A DNA stretch of 16,817 nt. Origin: Candidatus Ratteibacteria bacterium. Its GTDB lineage: Bacteria; Ratteibacteria; UBA8468; B48-G9; JAFGKM01. Both the position numbers and the translations under genes were made by a program. Below, in pieces: positions 1 to 7,641 of the stretch (its first letter is position 1; every line of letters begins with the position of its first letter). The stretch spans positions 1-16,817 of the forward strand of contig JBKBIN010000030.1 of the NCBI GenBank assembly GCA_046296715.1, given 5' to 3'. A model generated the notes under the pieces. It was given only the letters and a program-made list of their open reading frames with translations, ran no database searches and had not been told where the DNA came from.

Positions 1-2
1 GG

Positions 3-650
3 GATGCTGGTTTAAGAACAGGTGTATGTATAAGACCAACACAGGTATATTTTGATGAGAAAGATAAAAAATGGAAACATGGAACTGGTTCTCATGGACC
101 AATGAGAAATCCTTTGAATGATGATTTTTCAGAAATTTGGCCAAAAGATTTACCATGGTGGCAGTTTTTCCCAATTGTAGAAAGATTGTCAAGAAAGATT
201 GAATATGCTAAAAAAAGATGGGGTTGCACATTATTTTATATGGATACAAATGGAATACATGCACCAGTTGGAGAAAAAGTTAATCAATTTGAATGGATAC
301 TTTTATGGACAGAAGTTTTAAGAGAATTAAGAATTAAGCATCCCGATGTCTTAATAATACCAGAATTTCCAAAAGGTCCTGCTTCCTGGAGTCAAATTGC
401 ACCTTATGCTGAATTGAGAGGCGGTATTGCTTCAACTCCCTTTCAAATAAGAAAAATATTTCCACATGCATTTAGTGTCATAAATGTTGCTGATGGTCCA
501 ATAGATAAAAGAAGGGAAGAAATTGTGAAAGCAGTGAAAGAAGGAGACATTCTATTAACTCATGGCTGGTGGATGCCTAAATTTACAGAAGAGGTTGGTA
601 AAATTTATAAGGAAGTTTATAAAGAGGGTGCAATCAATCCTTGGGAATAA
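3..650 (+). CDS. 5'-truncated hypothetical protein, C-terminal part of a putative glycoside-hydrolase-like TIM-barrel protein
   Basis: The frame of ORF 102..650 is open back to the window edge (from nt 3: DAGLRTGVCIRPTQVYFDEKDKKWKHGTGSHGP-MRNPL...), so the ATG at 102 is internal. Segments 'AGLRTGVCIRP', 'KIEYAKKRWGCTLFYMDTN' and 'HPDVLIIPE' resemble barrel strands of GH-like proteins. It ends TAA at 648-650. The function is inferred. Confidence 0.6.
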   Translation, partial: DAGLRTGVCIRPTQVYFDEKDKKWKHGTGSHGPMRNPLNDDFSEIWPKDLPWWQFFPIVERLSRKIEYAKKRWGCTLFYMDTNGIHAPVGEKVNQFEWILLWTEVLRELRIKHPDVLIIPEFPKGPASWSQIAPYAELRGGIASTPFQIRKIFPHAFSVINVADGPIDKRREEIVKAVKEGDILLTHGWWMPKFTEEVGKIYKEVYKEGAINPWE

Positions 651-660
651 AAAATTTTAT

Positions 661-666
661 AGGAGG
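661..666 (+). promoter_or_regulatory. Shine-Dalgarno site (AGGAGG) for ATG at 673
   Basis: Perfect AGGAGG 6 nt upstream of ATG 673, which begins a signal-peptide-like sequence MRKVFLFFLFFPFFKFSFS. Confidence 0.85.
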
Positions 667-672
667 CAAAAA

Positions 673-3600
673 ATGAGAAAAGTTTTCCTATTTTTCTTAT
701 TTTTTCCATTTTTTAAATTTTCCTTTTCTCAACAACAAATTATTCCGCAGATTATAATTCCTTATTCGGAAAATTTACCAAAAATTGATGGATTAATAAA
801 TGAAGGAGAATGAAATGATGCTTCAGTTATTACTGGTTTTTCTGGTGCAACAGGAAAATATAGCAGTATTATTGTCCCAGGATTAGGTGTAAATACTTCC
901 GTATATTTGAAACATAACAAAAAAAATTTTTATATAGCAATTTTATTAAAAGACCTTTTAAAAAAACCATCAAAAAATTATAGGAAAAGGGATGATCCTG
1001 TTTACCTTGACAATCCACAAATAGAACTTTGGCTTACTCCTCCTATATTAGATAATTTAAAAGGTTATCAGTTAATTTTAAATGGATATAATGCAATATT
1101 TGATGCTGAACATATTCCTTCGCTTGGAATTGAAAGGACTACATGGAATGGGGATTGGTTTGTTATGTCTTCATATAAGGATAAAAAATGGATTGTAGAA
1201 ATTATGGTTCCTTTTGAAAGTTTAGGAGTAAAGGATATTAGTAAAAATAATATATGGAAAGGAATGATAGGAATTGCTTGGCCTCAATGTTCTTTTCCTT
1301 ATACTTATGGTTGGTATAAAAATATACAAGCGCATGCACAATTTGTTTTTTCACCTGAACAAACTTCTGTAAAAATAAAGGATTTATCATATTTGGTATA
1401 TGAAAACAGATTGAAAATAGAAATAGAAATAATTAATGGGAAGGATAAAGAAGAGCAATGCTTTATTTTTTTTGGAGATGGAAGTTCAGAAATTTATAAG
1501 AAAAGTTTTAAAATAGGTCCAAAGCAAAGAATAAATATAAATATTGATGAAAGTATACCTGAAATTTCTTCTAATCAAAAAAAACAATTGATAATAAAAA
1601 TAAATACTTCTGATATGATACTCTTTCAAAATAATTACTTCTATTCAGTTTTTAAAAGAGAAGAAGGAAAAGAAGAGACAGAGGAAGAAAAATGGAATAT
1701 GAAGACAAGAGTAAATTTTGCTCCACTTTCATTAGGTCTTTACCTCTGGTCTGATATTCTTGACTATCCTAAAAGAGATGAATTGAAAAGTGTTAAATTT
1801 GAAATTTTTTCTCCTGAGAAAAAATTGGTCATAAGTAAAGAAATAGAAAAATTTGAATATGATAGTGCTGAAAGTTATATATTTTTGCCAAAAGATTTAA
1901 AGTATGGGAAATATGAAGTGCACACAAAGTTTTTAAGCAAAGAGGGAAAAGTTCTTGAAGAAAAAATTGATACTTTTGAACATAAAGATTTGAAAAAAGA
2001 ATTTGTTTTTCTTGGAAATAATTTTGGAAAAAATATAAAAGTAGCACCACCATTTGAAAAAATAACACTTAAAGAAAAGGGAAATTTATTGATAGCAAAT
2101 GTATGGGGAAGAGAGATTGAATTTAAAGGAGTTTTACCTGAGAAAATAAGGAATCAGAATTAAGAGATGCTTTTTAATAACATTAATTTATATGGAGAAA
2201 ATTCAGGAAATATTATTCCTGCAACAATTTCAAAACCAATCAAAATTACAAAAAAATCAGATGAGAAAGTTGAATTTACTGGAGAGTATAAAATTGAAAA
2301 AATTTTATTCAAATTTGATGGTTATATGGAATTTGATGGTATGATTTATTATAAAATGAATGCAATTGTCCCAGAAAAAGAAAATATAAATTTTGATAGA
2401 ATTTATCTTTCAATTCCTGTTAATGAAAAGAATGCAAAATATTTTTTCTCAACAGCTGGTGGTTGGTCTCCTGCTTTTGGAGAGATAAATAAAGAAGGTA
2501 TTATATGGAAAAGCGATGAAATCGCTGATTTTGTTCCATATGTTTGTCTGACTGATGATAAAGTTGCTCTTCATTGGTTTAGTGACAATGACCATAACTG
2601 GATTCTTGGAAATGATTATCCAACCTGTGAGATTATAAAAGTAGGAAAAGTTGTAGAGATGAGGATTAATTTTGTAAGAAAAAAAGGAAAGATTAAAAAC
2701 TTTGATGCAGAATTTGGTTTAATTGCTTCTCCTGTCAAACCACTTCCTTCTGGATGGAGAAATGCTTGTTTACATTTTGTTCCTATTGGAAACAGTAAAA
2801 TAAATTTTTTCTATGGACCAGGTCATGGAGGATGTCCAATTGACCCACATGATACAAAAAAACTTGCACAGGCAATGGGTGTCTATAAAGAAGGAGAAAA
2901 TCCAGACCAGATACTTATAAATTTACCTGAAAATTATATAAACTGGTCAGACCCTGAAGTTTTAAAAAATGCTGAAAAAGTCCTTGGGAAAAATGGAGTT
3001 GAATTTATAAAGAACTGGCAAAAGGCAAAAAACAATCCAGACCCATATAAAGTTAAAAGATGTTATTTTTTTAATGCAAGTATGTATTTTGAAGGGTATA
3101 AGTCAAAAGCATTTTCAACTTTTTTTCCTGCTGAATGGACACTTGTTCCTCAAAGTTGGTTTCATTTAACACCAGTTGAAAGTTATAGGGATTTTTTGCA
3201 TTTCATATGGAAATTTGGTTTAGACATTGGTTTATTGAAGGATTTTATTTTGATGAGGTTTATCATGGACCTGACTATAATGTTTTTAATGGAAATGGAA
3301 AGATTATGGAAGATGGAACAATAAGACCTTCTATCCCTCTTATGCATCAAAGAGAATTTATGAAAAGAATGAGACAATTATTTATAGATCATAATAGAGA
3401 ACCATTCATATGGGTCCATACAACAAATTATATGGCACCTTATGCAATATCTTTTGCTGATATTGCAATGTTTGGAGAGGATAAAACACCTGTTCCTGGT
3501 AGAGATATTATAGATACAATTCCACATTTACTATTAAGAAGTTTGGGAAGAGCACAGAAATTTGGCTTTGTTCCTGTTTGGATGAATCAGACAGGTAGAG

Positions 3601-4181
3601 GCAGTGGAATTGGATGGAGTTTTTATAATAGACAAGCAGTTGGTTGGTTTTGGATGCATGATGTTGTTCCTGAAGTTCACACATCAATTAGAGGATACCA
3701 TCTTTTAGTTTTAAGACAGAAATGGGGGATTGATAGAGATGATGTTGTTTTTATTCCATACTGGGATAATAGTCAATATGTTAAAGTTGATGATGAGAAA
3801 TTTATTGTAAGTATATGGAAACAACCGAATGGTAAATCTATGCTTCAAATTATGAATTTACACAAAGTAGAAGATGGTAAAACAGAGGTTAACATTACTT
3901 TGAATGAGAAAAATCTAAATTTAAGTAAAAATTATAAGATTTATGATATTGAAAGTGATGAAAGAATAATACAAATGGAGTATAATCTAAGAGAGGCTGA
4001 AAAACTCTATAATGAAGACTCTCAAAAAAATAAGGATAGAATAAAAGAGTTAACAAAAGATTTAAATAAATTATATCAGGTCATTGAATATGATTTGAAA
4101 AATTTCAAAATTATTTCTGAAAAAAACAATTTTAAGATATCTGTTCCTTGCCGCGATTTTAAAATTCTTATTATAGAATAG
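673..4181 (+). pseudogene. Disrupted gene for a ~1170-aa secreted carbohydrate-active protein (signal peptide + CBM9/DOMON-like sugar-binding domain + DUF6067/GH123-like catalytic region)
   Basis: ORFs 562..813, 907..2163 and 2167..3324 share one frame, separated only by single stops. TGA 811-813 sits in 'PKIDGLINEGE*NDAS', where CBM9-like domains have 'PxIDGxxxExEW'. TAA 2161-2163 sits in 'EKIRNQN*EMLF'. One extra T in the T6 run at 3192-3197 gives 'YRDFFAFHMEIWFRHWFIEGFYFDE', joining ORF 3207..4181. C-terminal motifs GFYFDE, REFMKRMRQLF, WVHTT, SFAD..GE, WMHDV and FIPYW match my recollection of DUF6067-type proteins. Confidence 0.85.
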
Positions 4182-4210
4182 TTCTTTATTATGTGAAATC
4201 ATCAAAACAA

Positions 4211-4219
4211 TGTTAAAAT
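4211..4219 (+). promoter_or_regulatory. Putative extended -10 promoter (TG-t-TAAAAT) placed for leaderless transcription of the 4226 gene
   Basis: TGtTAAAAT at 4211-4219 ends 6 nt before ATG 4226, and there is no SD-like sequence upstream. The AT-rich background lowers specificity. Confidence 0.5.
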
Positions 4220-4225
4220 AAAATT

Positions 4226-5374
4226 ATGACATCAAAAGAAAGAGTTAAAAGGCTTATAGAAAGAAAAGATGTAGACAAAATTCCTCTTGGTTTTTATGTA
4301 GTTGATTATGATATTATAGAAAAGGTTATAGGAAGAAAAACATATGTAAGGAATAAGGTAAAATCACAGATTGCTTTGTGGGAGGGAAAAAGAGATGAAG
4401 TGGCAGAATCATATAAGAAGGATACGGTTGAATTCTTTAAAAAGATAGATTGTGTTGATATACTTACCTTTAAAGAAGCAGCAATTTTACCACCAAAAAA
4501 TTATCAAGTACCAAAAATAAAAAAGATTGATGAAAAGACATATGAAGATGAAAGTGGCAGGATATATAGGGTTTCAGAGACAACAAATGAGATTTCATGT
4601 GTATATGACCCTTATAAAAAAGACATAGATGATTTTACTCCTGATATGTTTAAATTTTCTGAAGATCAAATTAAACAACCTGATCCAACAATATTTGAGT
4701 GTTGCGACTTTTTAATAGAAAATTTTAAAGATGAGAAATTTATTGTAGGAAGTCATGCTGGCATTACATGTTTTACTATTTTAGGAGGAATGGAAACAGG
4801 GCTTATGTTATATGCTTTAAAACCAGAAGTTATAATTTCTGCAAATGAAGTTATGGTTAATATTCAGAATCTTATGGATAAATATTACATAAGAAAAGGA
4901 CAGGATGGTGTTTTACTTGAACAAGATATGGCAGGAACAAAAGGTCCTTTTATATCTCCCGATTTATTCAGAAAATGTTGTTATCCATTTTTAAAAAGAA
5001 GGGTTGAAAATATAAAAAAATATGTTCCTTATGTCTTCCTTCATAACTGTGGGAATAATATATTACTTATGGATATGTTTATTGATTCAGGAATTGATGT
5101 TTACCAATCGCTACAGACAAACGCGAATATGGATATAGAATTTTTGACAAAAAGGTATGGAGATAAAATAATTTTTTGGGGTGGAATTTCAACAGAGATA
5201 TTAATAAGCGGTTCAATGGAAGATGTGAGAAGGAATGTAAGAGAACTTATTGATAAGTTTAAAAAGAAGAATTTAAGATTTATAATTGGACCAAGTCATT
5301 CAATTGCTTTTGGTGTAAAATATGATAATTTTATGGCTTTAATAGATGAATATGAAAAGAATGCATATTTTTAA
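4226..5374 (+). CDS. Uroporphyrinogen decarboxylase (URO-D)/MtaA-CmuA superfamily protein, not a true HemE
   Basis: N-terminal 'MTSKERVKRLIERKDVDKIP'; 'QDMAGTKGPFISPDLFRKCCYP'; 'FLHNCGN' (HxC); 'YGDKIIFWGGIS'; 'GSMEDVRRNV'; 'FIIGPSHSI...VKYDNF'. All are hallmarks of the URO-D/methylcobamide methyltransferase-like barrel. Confidence 0.85.
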   Translation: MTSKERVKRLIERKDVDKIPLGFYVVDYDIIEKVIGRKTYVRNKVKSQIALWEGKRDEVAESYKKDTVEFFKKIDCVDILTFKEAAILPPKNYQVPKIKKIDEKTYEDESGRIYRVSETTNEISCVYDPYKKDIDDFTPDMFKFSEDQIKQPDPTIFECCDFLIENFKDEKFIVGSHAGITCFTILGGMETGLMLYALKPEVIISANEVMVNIQNLMDKYYIRKGQDGVLLEQDMAGTKGPFISPDLFRKCCYPFLKRRVENIKKYVPYVFLHNCGNNILLMDMFIDSGIDVYQSLQTNANMDIEFLTKRYGDKIIFWGGISTEILISGSMEDVRRNVRELIDKFKKKNLRFIIGPSHSIAFGVKYDNFMALIDEYEKNAYF

Positions 5375-5383
5375 ATTTTATAA

Positions 5384-6832
5384 ATGTTGAAGATTGAAAA
5401 TTTAGACAAAAATATTTCAAAAATCTTTGAATTAGAATCTTTTGGTTATGAACCAGAAAAAATTATAATTGATATACCATCTATAACAGAACCAGATATA
5501 CCATTTACAATTAAAATTGCTCTAATTGACAGAAATGAATATCCATCTTTTAAATTTGATGAGATAATAGTTTTAAAAAGTGAGGAATTAAATATAGAAA
5601 TACCAGTAAAGTTTAAAAAAAATAGGCCAGCAATTGCTTTTATCAAAAATTTTTTAATCAATTATGAAGGATTTTTTAAATTTTATTGTGAATTTAATGG
5701 AAAGGTCTTTTACAGTAATCCTTCTTTATCCAGAAAAAATAATACTTATAAAATTTTCTGGGGAGACCCTCATGTTCATACTGTTTTAAGTGATTGTCAT
5801 CCTGATATTGCGAAAAGTGTCCATTTTGCAATAAATTATGGGAATTTTGTTTCTTTTCTTAATTGGATTTCTATAACAGACCATATTTCAAATAGAAGAT
5901 CAACTCTCGGAAAATGGAAAGAAGGGATTTATGTGAGTAAGTTTTATAATAAAGAAGGTGAATTTATTATACTCCCTGGATATGAAGCATCTCTGAAGAG
6001 TTTTAATGGAGGAGATAATAATGTTTATTTTACGAATTATCCAGATATTTTTGTTGACGAATTTGAACAAGGAAATATTAAGACATTATGCAAAAAATTG
6101 AAAGAAAAAAGTAAAATACAGAATTTTGATTTTTTTGTTGTTCCTCATCATACAAGTCGTGCTCAAAAACATGGAGAAATAAATGAGGATATTTATCCAG
6201 GCCAAATATATATGCCTGCTATTGAAATACATTCTAAATGGGGAACATCAGAATATTATGGAAATCCAGATTCATTGATTGAACCTTATAATGGGGAAGG
6301 TTATGCTGTTGATTATTTAAAGAAAGGTTTTTATGTTGGTTTTATTGGTGGTTCAGATACACATAAAACAATGCCAGCAAATAATGAAAAGGAGACATCT
6401 CATTTAATATATCAATCAGGGCTGACTGCTGTATTTAACGATTTTCTTAATATTAAAAATTTATTTGAAAGTATAAGAAATAGGAAAACATATGCAACGA
6501 AGGGTGAGAAAATTTTTCTTGAAGTAAAAGTTAACAATATTCTCTCAGGCACTATATTTGATTTGGATAAAAAAGATAAAGTAAAGATTTCTGTAATTTC
6601 TGCCAGTCCCTATTTAATAAAAAATATAGAGATAATTAGAAATGGGGAAATCATCTATCAAAAAAATTTAAATAATTGGTATGATAAAACTGATTATGTT
6701 GATGAAGTTAACTTTAAAAATGATTATTTAGAATCAGAAACTTTTGGTAAGTTTGTGTTCTATTATGTAAGAGTTAATACTTCTTCAAATTCTTGCGCCT
6801 GGTCAAGTCCAGTTTTTATAAAATTAAATTGA
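5384..6832 (+). CDS. DUF3604 / PHP-like (CehA/McbA-type) metallohydrolase
   Basis: Metal-ligand motifs FWGDPHVHTVLSD, ITDH, PGYE, VPHHT, EIHSKWG, GFIGGSDTH, GLTAV, RKTYATKG, and the C-terminal FYYVRV...AWSSPVF typical of this family. Confidence 0.8.
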   Translation: MLKIENLDKNISKIFELESFGYEPEKIIIDIPSITEPDIPFTIKIALIDRNEYPSFKFDEIIVLKSEELNIEIPVKFKKNRPAIAFIKNFLINYEGFFKFYCEFNGKVFYSNPSLSRKNNTYKIFWGDPHVHTVLSDCHPDIAKSVHFAINYGNFVSFLNWISITDHISNRRSTLGKWKEGIYVSKFYNKEGEFIILPGYEASLKSFNGGDNNVYFTNYPDIFVDEFEQGNIKTLCKKLKEKSKIQNFDFFVVPHHTSRAQKHGEINEDIYPGQIYMPAIEIHSKWGTSEYYGNPDSLIEPYNGEGYAVDYLKKGFYVGFIGGSDTHKTMPANNEKETSHLIYQSGLTAVFNDFLNIKNLFESIRNRKTYATKGEKIFLEVKVNNILSGTIFDLDKKDKVKISVISASPYLIKNIEIIRNGEIIYQKNLNNWYDKTDYVDEVNFKNDYLESETFGKFVFYYVRVNTSSNSCAWSSPVFIKLN

Positions 6833-6857
6833 ATATAAATTTTTTTTGTTGTATTAT
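6829..6857 (+). promoter_or_regulatory. Putative sigma70 promoter for the iclR-hydrolase operon
   Basis: TTGAAT (6829-6834), a 17-nt spacer, then TATTAT (6852-6857). Confidence 0.55.
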
Positions 6858-6886
6858 ATATGAAACTAAAGTTCCAAATATGAAAC
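6858..6886. promoter_or_regulatory. Putative IclR-family operator (three alternating half-sites) overlapping the transcription start and start codon
   Basis: ATATGAAAC (6858-6866), GTTCCAAAT (6871-6879) and ATATGAAAC (6878-6886). These form the imperfect palindromes TGAAAC-N4-GTTCCA and GTTCCAAATATGAAAC, reminiscent of KdgR/IclR boxes. Confidence 0.5.
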
Positions 6887-7641
6887 AAAAAAATTTACTT
6901 GAAAAAGGAATAGATGTCCTTGAAAAATTAAAAGAGGAAGATATTATGACTTTTTCTCAATTACAACGAAAATTGAATATTCCCAAAACAACACTTTACA
7001 GAATTTTAAAAACCTTTATTGATAAAAATTTTGTAAGTTATAAAGATAAAAAATATAAACTTGGATATAGTTTCTTATCTTATACAAAAAAAATACTTTC
7101 TGAAATACAAATAAGGGAAATTGCAGGTCCTTTTTTAAAAGAATTATGTAAAAAAACAAAAGAGACGATTGAATTAATCATTCCTTACAATAATGAGATT
7201 TTATATATTGATAAAATTGAAAGTCCGCAATCAATAAAACTTGTTGCTCAAATTGGTTCAAGATACCAAACTTTACATGCTTCTGCTCCAGGTAAAATTT
7301 TACTTGCATATGATAAGGATGTTTTTAAAAATTTTATGAAAAAGAAAAAACTTGAAAAAATTACAGAAAAGACAATTGTAGATAAAAAAAAATTAAAAAA
7401 AGAAATAGAAAAAGTTATAAAAACTGGTTGGGCATATGATATAGGAGAAGCAAGAATTGATGTTATAAGGATAGCTGCGCCTATCCTCAATTACGATGGA
7501 AAACTTATTGGTATTGTGAGTATTGCAGGCCCTCATTATAGAATTAAGTCAGAAAAAATAAAAAAATTTGGAGAAATATTAAAAAAAGTTTGTGGTGAGA
7601 TTTCAGAAAAAATTGGATATGAAAAGGAGGTTTTTAAATGA
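6880..7641 (+). CDS. IclR-family transcriptional regulator
   Basis: N-terminal wHTH 'LEKGIDVLEKL...MTFSQLQRKLNIPKTTLYRILKTF...YKLG' and effector domain 'TKETIEL...ILYIDKIES...IGSRYQTLHASAPGKILLAY...GWAYDIGE...IAAPI...VSIAGP'. ATG 6880 is preferred over the track's 6793 start, which overlaps the upstream gene and adds a non-homologous extension. Confidence 0.92.
   Translation: MKQKNLLEKGIDVLEKLKEEDIMTFSQLQRKLNIPKTTLYRILKTFIDKNFVSYKDKKYKLGYSFLSYTKKILSEIQIREIAGPFLKELCKKTKETIELIIPYNNEILYIDKIESPQSIKLVAQIGSRYQTLHASAPGKILLAYDKDVFKNFMKKKKLEKITEKTIVDKKKLKKEIEKVIKTGWAYDIGEARIDVIRIAAPILNYDGKLIGIVSIAGPHYRIKSEKIKKFGEILKKVCGEISEKIGYEKEVFK

Noticed and set aside
562..672. N-terminal extension of ORF 562..813
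   Set aside because: It overlaps the upstream gene in another frame. The SD and signal peptide place the start at 673.
1829..2068. Short antisense/alternate-frame ORFs (also 3183..3377, 5446..5661, 7248..7490, 8989..9267, 9278..9463, 15355..15582)
   Set aside because: They lie within or across well-supported genes, show low-complexity F/L/I/K-rich shadow composition, and have no recognisable motifs.
811..2163. Genome-wide stop-codon reassignment (UGA=Trp/Gly/Sec or UAA=Gln) explaining the in-frame stops
   Set aside because: TGA ends five genes here (6832, 7641, 10977, 13938, 13958) and TAA ends three (650, 5374, 9047). Trp is encoded by TGG throughout, two different stop types plus a frameshift affect the same gene, and the TGA aligns with Trp rather than Cys.
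3198..3324. C-terminal tail of ORF 2167..3324 (LHFIWKFGLD...)
   Set aside because: Out-of-frame run-on after the T-tract frameshift. The family-like sequence continues in the 3207 frame.
4192..4207. CRP-like site TGTGA...TCAAA upstream of the URO-D gene
   Set aside because: The spacer is 5 nt rather than 6 and the second half-site is mismatched. This is expected by chance at this AT content.
4226..5374. Calling the gene hemE
   Set aside because: It lacks the HemE 'WxMRQAGRY' signature, has an HxC motif and has no tetrapyrrole gene context.
6793..6879. Longer IclR start given in the ORF track
   Set aside because: It overlaps the previous gene and spans the predicted promoter, and the extension has no IclR similarity.
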